The notes beneath the pieces were generated by a model. The model searched no databases. It saw only the letters and a program-made list of their open reading frames with translations, and was not told where the DNA came from. Made by a program: the position numbers and the translations under genes. Of a stretch of 64,000 nucleotides of DNA, positions 46,537 through 56,055 are shown piece after piece (the first letter of the stretch is position 1; the number at the start of each line of letters is the position of its first letter). This DNA comes from Parcubacteria group bacterium Gr01-1014_31. GTDB taxonomy: Bacteria; Patescibacteriota; Patescibacteriia; Buchananbacterales; GWA2-38-13. Where the stretch lies: positions 21,745 to 85,744 of the forward strand of contig VMFR01000004.1 of assembly GCA_007376135.1 (NCBI GenBank), given 5' to 3'.

Positions 46537-47529
46537 CTAGCGGTGAACGAATGCCGCCGCCCGACGAATGGATCGAAACAACGCGTACTCCCAGGGACGC
46601 ACCGGCAGCTCCCAAAGACCGCTGTAGCTGGTGAAGGCCGTCTCCGGAGCAAACCCCTGCTTGAAGCGGGTGATGCCGGCCCACGCCGCATTGGTCAAAG
46701 AAACGCCGCCGAAATTATAGGCACGGCATTTTTTTCTCTGCGCCAAAGCGATTCCCTCGGCGTGCAGCGCATACGGCGCCATCAATTCCTGCTGCGAATC
46801 CGTGCTGCCGCCATGCAGAAAGGTGAGCACGCCGTTGAATTCCGCCAGCATTGCGCACGCCAGCACGATATCGCTTCCGTAGGCTGTTAACAGGTGAACT
46901 TCGGGGAGGGTACGGGCAATTTCCAGGTAATAACGCCGGGGGTGCGGCCGGATGCCCTGGCGGACAGCGGTCGCGGAAAGCAGCCGCCAAAAATCCTCAA
47001 AGATTGCTCCGTCCGGGACAACGGACTGTACGCGTATGCCGTGGCGCTGGGCGAGACGGATATTGTAGCGGGTCTTCTGCTTCATGGCGGACAGCAGGAC
47101 ATCCATGGGTTTATGCACGTCGATGATCAACTCTTCGTGGGGCTGTACAGCTCCCGCCACTGAAGAAAAACCGGGAGCCGACCACGGGAGTGTTGCCGGG
47201 GCGTCCACGCGCACAAAAACCGCGCCGGCGCGGCTGGCAACACCGTGAATCCCGGCGACCAGCGCTGCTGACGCCTGACCGGAGGAACAGGGTCGAGGGC
47301 AGTACCAGTAGCGACGGTGGAACGGTAAAGCGTGCTCAAACAGCTGCCAACCGGCAACCAAACGGCCGTTCTCCAGCTGCGCCGCGTGGCGCACCGGCCG
47401 GTGGTAAGCGCGCTGCACTTCTCCCCACCCGAACGACTGGAGCAGTCCTCCATCGGGGCCGGCATTGGACGCGACGTACTGGTCCCAGGCCGCGCGATCG
47501 GAGAAATCGGCGACGAATTCCTTGGACAT
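46537..47529 (-). CDS. FemAB-family peptidyltransferase (peptidoglycan interpeptide bridge formation)
   Basis: FemAB-like core ...HLLTAYGSDIVLACAMLAEFNGVLTFLHGGS...ELMAPYALHAEGIALAQRKKCRAYNFGGVS. Start chosen at the ATG at 47529, after the upstream stop at 47538. Confidence 0.75.
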   Translation of the reverse strand: MSKEFVADFSDRAAWDQYVASNAGPDGGLLQSFGWGEVQRAYHRPVRHAAQLENGRLVAGWQLFEHALPFHRRYWYCPRPCSSGQASAALVAGIHGVASRAGAVFVRVDAPATLPWSAPGFSSVAGAVQPHEELIIDVHKPMDVLLSAMKQKTRYNIRLAQRHGIRVQSVVPDGAIFEDFWRLLSATAVRQGIRPHPRRYYLEIARTLPEVHLLTAYGSDIVLACAMLAEFNGVLTFLHGGSTDSQQELMAPYALHAEGIALAQRKKCRAYNFGGVSLTNAAWAGITRFKQGFAPETAFTSYSGLWELPVRPWEYALFRSIRRAAAFVHR

Positions 47530-47537
47530 AGGCAGCC

Positions 47538-49265
47538 TTACGGCAGCTTCCCCCGCAGCGTGCCGATAGGAATTTTCTCCAATGTGGCGGTGGTCGCCCC
47601 CAGACTGCGGTACCGCATCAGCCAGTAGGCCGCATCGCCGTCCCGCAGATAGTACCGATGGCCATCCGCGGGATTGAGGTACCACGCCTCGCCGGATTCA
47701 TCGACCGACAGCAGGATATGGCCGGATAAACGCTTGACCAGCGCCGCGTCGCCGCGGTCATCGGTGCCGGCGCGCGGAATTTCAGCCAGGTCTGCCGCGC
47801 TCACGCCAAGGCTCAGGTACCGCATCGCGGCATAGGCGATCTTCCCGTTGCGGAGGTAGTAGCGCTCCCCGCGCGTCGGGTGCACCCACCAGGCTTCCCC
47901 GCGCCGGTCCACCTGCAGGAGGATCTTGCCGGCCACGCGCTGGACCAGCCGGCGGTCGATGGTACGGGCGGTCGGCGGCCGCAACGGGTCGTACCCCGCG
48001 GCCACCTCCTGTCCGTCATCATAGCTGTCGTAGTCGGTGTCCGGATCGCCCGGGTCGGTCCCGTACTGTAGTTCATCGTAGTTTCGCAACCGATCGTGGT
48101 CGGGGTCCATGCGCTTGAGCAGTTCTTCGCCGCGCACTGTCAGCACGCTGCCGCGGGCGAAACCCGCAAGCGCGCTGGCCGGAACCAGCAGAATATCATC
48201 GCCGGAGAGGCCCAGCTCCTCGGGGGTGACGGTACTCTCGAGCGGCAAAAGGCTTCCGCCCTCCACCAGAAAAATGGTGCCGCTGCCATCGGTCACCAGG
48301 CTGCCGTCCGACGGCGGTGGCAAGAGCGCTGCGGAAACGACGGCGGACGCGCTGCTATTGGCCGCATGGTCGTAGGTGAACGCGGCGTACGTGTAGGTCG
48401 TGCCGGCCGCAACCGCGGCATCCGCGGTACTCGTCCCGAGGCCAATGAACACGGAGGTACCGTCCGTCGGGCTCGAGGGCGTGCTGCCGCTGGCGCGAAC
48501 GATCGCGACGCGCACGATCCCGGGGTCTGAAGGCATGGTCCATCGCAGGGTGATGTCCCCGTACCCCGACACGGCGTAAAAATCGGCGACGGACGCTGGT
48601 GGGGTCTCATCGGACGCCGTTCCCTGCCCATCGGGAGTGCTGGCCTCCGGCGGCAACGTTTGCGTCGAAATGACCGAGGACTGGGCGACCACGCTGCCGG
48701 CAGCGTCAATGACGCGTACCCCAAAATAATACGTCGTTGCCGGTTGCAGGCCGATGGCCGTGTACGTTTCTTGCGCCCCCGGAAACCCGGGCGATGGCGC
48801 CCCGGACAGAAAAGTCGCGCTGTCCATGGATGCCGCATCAAGCGGCGTTGCCGAACTGCGCAGATCGTAGCGGTAGGTCACGCCGGGAAGCACCGGGAAT
48901 TGTGCGGCGGTCCACCGCAGATCCACGGAAACGGCCCGGACCGTCGCCGCCGTGAGGTCCGTGATGACCGCCACGGACGGCGAGATACAGGATTGCTCGT
49001 CGATATTCGCATCACAGTTATCATCGACGGCGTTGCCGCAGCGCTCCAACAGCTGGGGGGATACGAACGGATTGCCGTCGTCGCAATCACCTTGTGCCGC
49101 GGTCACCCCATCCCCATCCCCGTCGCTGGCGGTCGTCTGGGTCGGGTTGCCGCAAGTCAAAATATCCGGCGGGCACAGCGGTGGCAATGCCCACGCGGTC
49201 AGTGCGAACGACGCGATGGCGCCCGCGCCTGCCACCGCCGCCAGCTTCCGTCCGGCAAACCTCAT
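47538..49265 (-). CDS. Secreted protein with an N-terminal Cys/Asp-rich putative metal-binding motif, FN3-like domains and a duplicated C-terminal ~45-aa repeat
   Basis: Signal peptide. DGDGDGVTAAQGDCDDGNP...CGNAVDDNCDANIDEQ resembles the DCDDxNxxxxPG...CDGxDNDC motif. The C-terminal repeats ILLQVDRRGEAWWVHPTRGERYYLRNGKIAYAAMRYLSLGVSAADLAEIP and ILLSVDESGEAWYLNPADGHRYYLRDGDAAYWLMRYRSLGATTATLEKIP are near-identical. The ATG overlaps the leuS stop (ATGA). Confidence 0.6.
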   Translation of the reverse strand: MRFAGRKLAAVAGAGAIASFALTAWALPPLCPPDILTCGNPTQTTASDGDGDGVTAAQGDCDDGNPFVSPQLLERCGNAVDDNCDANIDEQSCISPSVAVITDLTAATVRAVSVDLRWTAAQFPVLPGVTYRYDLRSSATPLDAASMDSATFLSGAPSPGFPGAQETYTAIGLQPATTYYFGVRVIDAAGSVVAQSSVISTQTLPPEASTPDGQGTASDETPPASVADFYAVSGYGDITLRWTMPSDPGIVRVAIVRASGSTPSSPTDGTSVFIGLGTSTADAAVAAGTTYTYAAFTYDHAANSSASAVVSAALLPPPSDGSLVTDGSGTIFLVEGGSLLPLESTVTPEELGLSGDDILLVPASALAGFARGSVLTVRGEELLKRMDPDHDRLRNYDELQYGTDPGDPDTDYDSYDDGQEVAAGYDPLRPPTARTIDRRLVQRVAGKILLQVDRRGEAWWVHPTRGERYYLRNGKIAYAAMRYLSLGVSAADLAEIPRAGTDDRGDAALVKRLSGHILLSVDESGEAWYLNPADGHRYYLRDGDAAYWLMRYRSLGATTATLEKIPIGTLRGKLP

Positions 49266-51823
49266 GACGTCACAAAATTTATCAGCCGGTCGGGCACGAA
49301 TACCACTCGCACCGCGGCCGCTGGCGCCAGATGGCGCTGAATATTGGGCAGTTGCCGCGCCTGGACGACGGCTTCCGTCTCACCGGTGCCGGCGGGCAGA
49401 ACAAGCCGGTCGCGCACCCGGCCGTTGACCTGCACCACGACGGTGACCGCGGCGGCCTGCGCTTTTGCCGCTTCATACCGCGGCCAGGATTGCGCAAAAA
49501 TACTGCCGCGGTGAGCGCGGTCGCAGCCTTTGTGTCCAAGCGTCTCCCACAATTCCTCCGCGAGATGCGGCGCGAACGGGGAAAGCAGCAGCAGGTATGC
49601 TTCCAATTGGGACAGGCTGGCGCGCTGCGCCTGCTGGCGGGCAGCCGACAGCGCGTTCCGCGCGATCATCAGCGCAGCTACCGCGGTATTGAACCGCATG
49701 GCTTCAATGTCCTCGCTGATCTTGAGTACCGCCGTCTGCAGCGCCTGATCAAGGTCGGGCGCTTCCGGGAGTTTGGCGGCCGACATCCACCAGGCAACGT
49801 ACTCCGCCACGCCGTCCAGGAACCGCTTCACGCCGATGATGCCCTTGGTGTCCCACGGCGACGGCTGGTCGAACGGCCCGATGAACATCTCGTAGACGCG
49901 CAAAACGTCCGCCCCGTACTCCGCGATGACCGCGTCGGGGTTGACGACGTTGCCGCGCGATTTCGACATTTTTTCGCCGCCCTCGCCCAGAATGAGCCCG
50001 TGGGACGTGCGCTTCTTGTACGGCTCGGGACCGCACTCCGGAGGAACGGCGCCGATGTCCCACAGGAATTTATAAATGAAGCGCGAATATAATAAGTGCA
50101 AAGTTGTGTGTTCCATGCCGCCGTTGTACCAATCCACCGGCAGCCAATACCGAAGCTTGGCGGGATCGGCTAACAGCTCGCCGTTCTCCGGGTCGGTATA
50201 CCGCAAGAAATACCAGTTGCTGCCCGCCCAATTCGGCATGACGTCGGTCTCGCGCCGCGCAGGCCCGCCGCACTGTGGACAGGTCGCCGCCACCCACTTG
50301 CCCACGGCCGCCAACGGCGATTCCCCGTTCGCGGTCGGCTCATACCGCTTCACTTTGGGCAACTCCAAGGGGAGCTGGTCTTCGGAAATCGGCACGACCG
50401 TGTGCTCGCGCCCGTCGAGCACCACCATATGGACGCCCGGCGTATTCTCGCCGCTCGCCAGCCGGCGGTTGCGGCACTCATCGGAATGGCAGTAGACCAG
50501 CGGTATCGGCTCTCCCCAGTAGCGCTGCCGGGAGAACACCCAATCGCGCAATTTATAGGTAATGGCCCGCTTGCCCACGCCCCGGTACTCGAGCCACGCG
50601 GTGATCTTGGGAACCGCTTCGGTGACGCTCAACCCGTTGAACTGGGTAGAGTTGATGATCGTTCCTCCCTGCGTGGCGACGTAGGCCGCCGTCAACGGCG
50701 CCCCATTCCCCGCGGGGTTAGCGACCACGGGAACGATCGGCAGCCGGTAGGCGCGGGCAAATTCGAAATCACGCTGATCGTGCGCGGGGACGGCCATGAT
50801 CGCGCCGGTCCCGTAGCTGGACAGCACGTAGTCGGCGACATAAATCGGGATCTCTTTCCCGGTCGCGGGGTTGACGGCAGAAAGCCCATCCAGACAAACG
50901 CCGGTCTTCGACTTAGCCAGGTCCGTGCGCTCCAGGTCCGACTTGCTCCGCGCGGCCTGCACGTAGCGCTGAACCTCGTCCAGATTCTTCAACAGTGCCG
51001 CGTGCTGAGAGATGAGCCCATGCTCGGGGGCGACCACCATAAAGGTGGCGCCGAAAATGGTATCGGGCCGCGTCGTGAAGACCGTCAACGCGCCGGAGGG
51101 CGTGGCGCCATTCACGCGCATCGGGAAGGTGATCTCCGCACCCTCGGAACGACCGATCCAGTTCAACTGCGACTGCCGCACCCGCTCGGGGTAATCCACG
51201 AGCTGCAGGTCATCGATCAGCCGCTGGGCGTAGACGGTGATTCGCAGGAGCCACTGGGCCTTCGTACGCTTCGACACCGGTCCTCCGCACCGCTCGCAAC
51301 GCCCATCCACGACCTCCTCATTGGCCAGCCCGATCGTGCAATGCTCGCACCAGTTGATCGGGATCTCGGCGCGGTAGGCCAGGCCGCGGCGATAGAGCTG
51401 CAAAAAGATCCACTGGGTCCAGCGGTAGTACTCCGGCTCGGTGGTGGCAAACGCGCGCGTCCAATCGAACGACAGCCCAAGCGCTTTGAGCTGCCGCATG
51501 AAATTCTTGATATTGGCGGCCGTCGTGACGGCCGGATGGGTTTTGGTCTTAATCGCATAATTCTCCGCGGGCAGACCGAACGAGTCAAAACCGATGGGGA
51601 AGAGTACGTTGACCCCCTCCATCCGCCGCTTGCGGCAGATGATGTCCATCGCGGTGTACGACCGCGGATGCCCAACGTGCAGGCCTTCGCCGGACGGATA
51701 GGGGAACTCGACCAGGGCGTAAAACTTTGGCCGCGGATCAAAATCAGCGGCTTGGTCAAGTTTCCCGGCAGCCCAACGCTTTTGCCATTTGCGTTCGGTC
51801 TTTTGTGGGTTTACGCGCCGCAT
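49262..51823 (-). CDS. leuS: Leucine--tRNA ligase
   Basis: HIGH motif (HVGHPRSY), KMSKS motif ([12 protein letters not shown]), 853 aa, canonical N-terminus [17 protein letters not shown]. Confidence 0.95.
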   Translation of the reverse strand: MRRVNPQKTERKWQKRWAAGKLDQAADFDPRPKFYALVEFPYPSGEGLHVGHPRSYTAMDIICRKRRMEGVNVLFPIGFDSFGLPAENYAIKTKTHPAVTTAANIKNFMRQLKALGLSFDWTRAFATTEPEYYRWTQWIFLQLYRRGLAYRAEIPINWCEHCTIGLANEEVVDGRCERCGGPVSKRTKAQWLLRITVYAQRLIDDLQLVDYPERVRQSQLNWIGRSEGAEITFPMRVNGATPSGALTVFTTRPDTIFGATFMVVAPEHGLISQHAALLKNLDEVQRYVQAARSKSDLERTDLAKSKTGVCLDGLSAVNPATGKEIPIYVADYVLSSYGTGAIMAVPAHDQRDFEFARAYRLPIVPVVANPAGNGAPLTAAYVATQGGTIINSTQFNGLSVTEAVPKITAWLEYRGVGKRAITYKLRDWVFSRQRYWGEPIPLVYCHSDECRNRRLASGENTPGVHMVVLDGREHTVVPISEDQLPLELPKVKRYEPTANGESPLAAVGKWVAATCPQCGGPARRETDVMPNWAGSNWYFLRYTDPENGELLADPAKLRYWLPVDWYNGGMEHTTLHLLYSRFIYKFLWDIGAVPPECGPEPYKKRTSHGLILGEGGEKMSKSRGNVVNPDAVIAEYGADVLRVYEMFIGPFDQPSPWDTKGIIGVKRFLDGVAEYVAWWMSAAKLPEAPDLDQALQTAVLKISEDIEAMRFNTAVAALMIARNALSAARQQAQRASLSQLEAYLLLLSPFAPHLAEELWETLGHKGCDRAHRGSIFAQSWPRYEAAKAQAAAVTVVVQVNGRVRDRLVLPAGTGETEAVVQARQLPNIQRHLAPAAAVRVVFVPDRLINFVTS

Positions 51824-51855
51824 AAACTCATTGTACCGCCCCCACTGCTCCCCGC

Positions 51856-54765
51856 CTAGACCGCCGATGCGCGGGCGGTCATCAATTCCTTGAGGTACTG
51901 GCCCGTGAAGCTGCGCTTGACGGCGGCAACCTGCCGCGGCGTTCCGGCCGCAACGACCTCACCGCCCTTATCGCCGCCCTCCGGCCCCAGGTCGATGACC
52001 CAGTCGGCGCACTTGATGACGTCCAAATTGTGCTCGATGACCAGCACCGTATTGCCCTTGTCCACCAATTGGTTGAGGATGGCGAGCAGCCGCTTGATGT
52101 CGTCGAAATGCAGACCGGTGGTCGGCTCATCCAGGATGTAGAGCGTGCGGCCGGTGGCGCGGCGCGATAATTCCGTCGCCAGTTTGACGCGCTGCGCCTC
52201 GCCGCCCGACAGCGTCGTTGCCGGCTGCCCCAGCTTCAGGTAACCCAGGCCGACGTCGCGCAGCGTCTGCAATTTCTCCCGGATGATGGGGTGGCGGTGG
52301 AAGAATTCATAAGCCTCGTCGACGGACAGATCCAGCACGTCGGCGATATTTTTTCCGTTGCGGTGGATCTCCAGCACTTCCGGCTTGTAGCGCCGCCCGT
52401 GGCAGTACTCGCAAGGCAAGAACACGTCCGGCAAAAACTGCATCTCGATCTGCACCGCCCCGTCGCCGGCGCAGTGCTCACAGCGCCCTCCGCGGGCGTT
52501 GAAACTGAACTTGCCCACATCGTAACCGCGGATCTTTGCCTCCGGCGTTTCGGCGTAGAGGTCGCGGATGTAGGTGAACAGCCCAGTGTACGTTGCGGGG
52601 TTACTGCGCGGGGTACGGCCGATCGGCGACTGGTCAATGGAAATAACCTTGTCCACATGCTCCAGACCCTCGATCTTTTTGTGCGCGCCCGGCCGCTCCT
52701 TGGCGCGGTAGAAATGCTGGGCCAGCGCTCGCACCAAGATGTCCAACATCAACGTGGATTTGCCGGAACCCGATACCCCAGTAACGCACGTCAGGGTCGC
52801 CAACGGTATAGCGACGGTCACCTGCTTGAGATTGAATTCCGACGCCTCCACCACGGTCAGCTGTTTGCCGCTGCCGGGCCGGACTTTCGCCGGGGCCGGG
52901 ATCTCTTCGCGTCCGGACAGGTAGCGGCCGGTCAGCGATTGTTTGGCGGCCATGATCTGCTTGAGCGTACCCTGGGCAACCACCAATCCGCCGTATTCGC
53001 CCGCGCCCGGACCGATGTCCACGATCTGGTCGGCCGCGGCCATCATCATCGGGTCGTGTTCGACCACGATCACCGTATTGCCCAGATCGCGCAATTGCTT
53101 CAGGGTGGCAATCAATTTGGCGTTATCCTTCTGGTGCAGCCCGACGGACGGCTCATCCAGGATGTAGACGACCCCCGACAGCTGCAATGACAATTGCGTC
53201 GCCAGCCGGATGCGCTGCGCCTCCCCGCCGGAGAGCGAAACCGCCGACCGGTCCAGCGTCAGGTAGCTTAATCCCACGTCGCGCAGGTTATACAAACGCG
53301 TCTGGATCTCTTTCAGGAGCAGCGGGACCAGCTTCATCTCCCGCGCCGGGAGCGGGGTAACCCCGTTGCGCCGGCCGTTGGACTTGCCGTTCCCGCCCGA
53401 AAGCGCGGCAACGTAGGCGGCCACGGCGTCCACCGAACCGGCGGCGACCTCGGCGATCGTTTTGCCGCCGACGGTCACCCCCAGCACCTCCGGCCGCAGC
53501 CGGCAGCCCTTGCAGGCCGGGCACGTGAACACGCGCATGTACTGTCCGATCTCCTTGCGCAGATAATCCGACGACGTTTCGGCGTACTTCTGCTCCAGGA
53601 GCGCCATCACGCCGGGAAATTTTTTCTCCGTGCCGTCGGAGATCGGGTAGGATTGGTCGCCGCTGCCCGACAGCAGCACCGCCCGGGCCTTGGGCGTCAG
53701 TTCGCCGACGGGGGTGTCCATCGTGAACCCGTGCTGCTTGGCCACCAGCTCCATCAGTTCCCAGTACCAGTTCTGATTGAAAAAGTTGCGCGCCCACGGC
53801 TTGATCGCGCCCTGGGCCAGGGTCAGACGCGGATTGGGCATGACCAGCTCCGGGTCGACTTCCAGCCGGGTACCCAGGCCGAGGCACTTGGGGCAGGCGC
53901 CGGCCGGACTGTTGAACGAGAACGTCCGCGGCTCGATCGGCGGCAGGGTTACGCCGCAATCGGGGCAATGGTAGAAACGGCAATACACCAGGTCCTCCCC
54001 GACGCGACCCTTCCCCGCGATGATCGTCATGACGGTCATCCGCCCGTTGCCCAAATCCATTGCCGCGCGAATACTGGAATCCAGCGTTTCTCGCGGCCAC
54101 GCCTTCCGTTTGCCGCTCGGGGGGACGGTCAGGGACGCGACGACCGCTTCCAGCCGCTCCGCGCCGCTCCCCTTGGGACGCGCCGCGGCGGCGCTGATGG
54201 TCAGCAGCTCGCTGTTGAAACGCACCTGCTGGTAGCCCGCCTTGGCGGCTTCGGCCAGCACCCGGCTGCGGTCGGCCGCCGACGTCACCGGCAGGGGAGA
54301 CAGCAGCACGAACGTCTGCTCGCGGTCGGCAGCGGCGGAAATCAGGTCATCGGCGATCTGCGCCGCGGAATGCTGCTGGGTCACTTTGCCGCACTGCGGG
54401 CAATGCACCACCCCCACGCGCGCGTACAGCAGCCGCAGGTAATCGTAGATCTCGGTCATGGTGCCGACCGTGGAGCGGGGGTTGGCGGATGCCGTGCGCT
54501 GGTCGATGGCAATGGCTGGCGACAGGCCCTCAATGCGGTCCACGTCTGGCTTATCCATCACGCCCAAAAACTGCCGCGCGTACGAGGACAGCGATTCCAC
54601 GTACCGGCGCTGCCCTTCGGCGTAAAGCGTGTCGAACGCCAGGCTCGACTTCCCGGAACCCGAGATGCCGGTGAACACCACCAGCTGGTTCTTCGGGATA
54701 TCCAGGTCGATGTTTTTCAAATTATGAACGCGAGCCCCACGGATGCTGATGAAAGCGCTCGGCAT
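51856..54765 (-). CDS. uvrA: Excinuclease ABC subunit A
   Basis: Two ABC ATPase modules (GISGSGKSSLAFDTLYAEGQRRYVESLS and GVSGSGKSTLM), zinc-finger Cys clusters and a tandem ABC signature. Start chosen at the ATG at 54765 (MPSAFISIRGARVHNLK); the ORF-track start at 54777 is TTG. Confidence 0.95.
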   Translation of the reverse strand: MPSAFISIRGARVHNLKNIDLDIPKNQLVVFTGISGSGKSSLAFDTLYAEGQRRYVESLSSYARQFLGVMDKPDVDRIEGLSPAIAIDQRTASANPRSTVGTMTEIYDYLRLLYARVGVVHCPQCGKVTQQHSAAQIADDLISAAADREQTFVLLSPLPVTSAADRSRVLAEAAKAGYQQVRFNSELLTISAAAARPKGSGAERLEAVVASLTVPPSGKRKAWPRETLDSSIRAAMDLGNGRMTVMTIIAGKGRVGEDLVYCRFYHCPDCGVTLPPIEPRTFSFNSPAGACPKCLGLGTRLEVDPELVMPNPRLTLAQGAIKPWARNFFNQNWYWELMELVAKQHGFTMDTPVGELTPKARAVLLSGSGDQSYPISDGTEKKFPGVMALLEQKYAETSSDYLRKEIGQYMRVFTCPACKGCRLRPEVLGVTVGGKTIAEVAAGSVDAVAAYVAALSGGNGKSNGRRNGVTPLPAREMKLVPLLLKEIQTRLYNLRDVGLSYLTLDRSAVSLSGGEAQRIRLATQLSLQLSGVVYILDEPSVGLHQKDNAKLIATLKQLRDLGNTVIVVEHDPMMMAAADQIVDIGPGAGEYGGLVVAQGTLKQIMAAKQSLTGRYLSGREEIPAPAKVRPGSGKQLTVVEASEFNLKQVTVAIPLATLTCVTGVSGSGKSTLMLDILVRALAQHFYRAKERPGAHKKIEGLEHVDKVISIDQSPIGRTPRSNPATYTGLFTYIRDLYAETPEAKIRGYDVGKFSFNARGGRCEHCAGDGAVQIEMQFLPDVFLPCEYCHGRRYKPEVLEIHRNGKNIADVLDLSVDEAYEFFHRHPIIREKLQTLRDVGLGYLKLGQPATTLSGGEAQRVKLATELSRRATGRTLYILDEPTTGLHFDDIKRLLAILNQLVDKGNTVLVIEHNLDVIKCADWVIDLGPEGGDKGGEVVAAGTPRQVAAVKRSFTGQYLKELMTARASAV

Positions 54766-54993
54766 AGGATGTGACAAAATCCCTCGTTAAAAGGTTGCTT
54801 GCCCCGCACCAATTTTACCGTTCTCGGCAGCCCTGGTAGTACTGGACGAAAACCGCTGGTCAACGCTTGCAACCCGCGGGTGCAAAGCAGGCACCCCCCT
54901 CTGTTGGCGAAGCGGGTTGCCGTTGGAGACCGAGGTAAAATTGGTGCTGGGGTGGACGCGCGCTCCGCGGATGCTGATGGCTGGCTGTGGCAT
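54738..54993 (-). repeat. Duplicated uvrA 5' end (~16-bp direct repeat plus a pseudo-start ORF MPQPAISIRGARVH) bracketing a ~200-bp segment that carries an 18-bp inverted repeat
   Basis: ccacggatgctgatga (54738-54753) is matched by ccgcggatgctgatgg (54961-54976). The inverted repeat is ccccgcaccaattttacc (54797-54814) with ggtaaaattggtgctgggg (54926-54944). The small ORF 54787..54993 begins with the same ISIRGARVH peptide as uvrA. Confidence 0.5.
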
Positions 54994-55093
54994 AGCGTCG
55001 GGTAAAGAGGACGATCAACCGGGATAGATAGGTGGTACAAATGGACATTCTAGACGAAAAACGCCGTCCCGTCAACACTTGCGCCGCAGGACT

Positions 55094-55125
55094 AAAAAAA
55101 ACGGCGGGAGGAGCGCTCCCGCCGC
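55094..55125 (-). terminator. Rho-independent terminator for the minus-strand gene 55147..55764
   Basis: GC-rich hairpin cggcgggag-gagcg-ctcccgccg (55102-55125) is preceded on plus by an A-run (55094-55101), which is a T-run on minus. Confidence 0.55.
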
Positions 55126-55146
55126 TGATGAAAATCACGTTACCGG

Positions 55147-55764
55147 CTACTTTTTGGGCTTGGGCCCGGGTTTCCAGGTCTTCCCGTCGCCGTCGGGGTC
55201 TTTTGTATCGCAACGGTACTGCACGGAAATATCGCAACTGGAATTGTAGGGGTTAGAGGCCAAAAGTTGCTCGCCGCCCTCGTAGATCAGCCCGCCGGGG
55301 AACAGTACGACGTCGAACAATGCGATCTCCCACCACTCGGTCATCTCCCATGCGGAGCAATCGCGAACAATGGTCGCCGGCGCCTTCAGATACAGGCTGC
55401 AACCGCTCGCGCACGCGCCGATATCGTCAAGCGCCTCGCGTAACGCGTCGGGACAGGCCCGATTATCGGATGAAGCCGGGTCGGGACAGTCGGGCGCGGC
55501 CTTTTCCGCGTCGCCGTTGGCCGTGCCGCTCCGCACGCAGCTGGGGGTAGGCGTTGGCGATGTGGCAGACGATGTGTTGGTCCCGCCCAAAGCGATTCGC
55601 ACCTGGCCGACCTGGCTGCGGACCGACACCATGCCCAGCGCCGCGGCGAACATCCCGATGGGCACGGCCATAGCTGCCGCCACCACGACCTGCGTCACGA
55701 TCAGCGCAGCCGACGTTGCCGCCCGGGTTTCCGTTCTCACCGCCAATCTCTTCCCTCCCGCCAT
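55147..55764 (-). CDS. Membrane-anchored Cys-rich hypothetical protein. Paralogue of 45617..46447.
   Basis: N-terminus MAGGKRLAVRTETRAATSAALIVTQVVVAAAMAVPIGMFAAALG aligns with that of 45617..46447. Start chosen at the ATG at 55764 (ORF-track 55803 is GTG). Confidence 0.55.
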   Translation of the reverse strand: MAGGKRLAVRTETRAATSAALIVTQVVVAAAMAVPIGMFAAALGMVSVRSQVGQVRIALGGTNTSSATSPTPTPSCVRSGTANGDAEKAAPDCPDPASSDNRACPDALREALDDIGACASGCSLYLKAPATIVRDCSAWEMTEWWEIALFDVVLFPGGLIYEGGEQLLASNPYNSSCDISVQYRCDTKDPDGDGKTWKPGPKPKK

Positions 55765-56055
55765 AGAAGATTTGCTTAAGAATTGATAGACAAAGTATAC
55801 CACCGCGGCCGCGCGCGGATGTGGATAAAACGCCTACCGACCATTAAATGAACTGTATCCGTTGCGTCGCAGGAGTCCGATAACCTCCGCAATCAGATTC
55901 GCCACTCGGCGGTGTACTAAACGACCTCGCAACCTATCAAGGTTGACAAGACGAATGGGTTACCACCGGCTTTTTAATCGTAGCACACAATTCTCGGGCG
56001 GAAAACGTAGGTTATGCAGCCTTGGGCCGCACAACTCATCATCCGGCATGCTCTC

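Noticed and set aside
50402-54774. Plus-strand ORFs 50402..51859 (485 aa) and 53653..54774 (373 aa)
   Set aside because: They are antisense to leuS and uvrA respectively, both of which carry unmistakable catalytic motifs on the minus strand.
54787-54993. 68-aa ORF MPQPAISIRGARVH... upstream of uvrA as an independent gene
   Set aside because: It is a truncated duplicate of the uvrA N-terminus created by the local duplication or insertion. After the first ~14 residues it has no UvrA similarity, so it is treated as a repeat or pseudo-start, not a gene.
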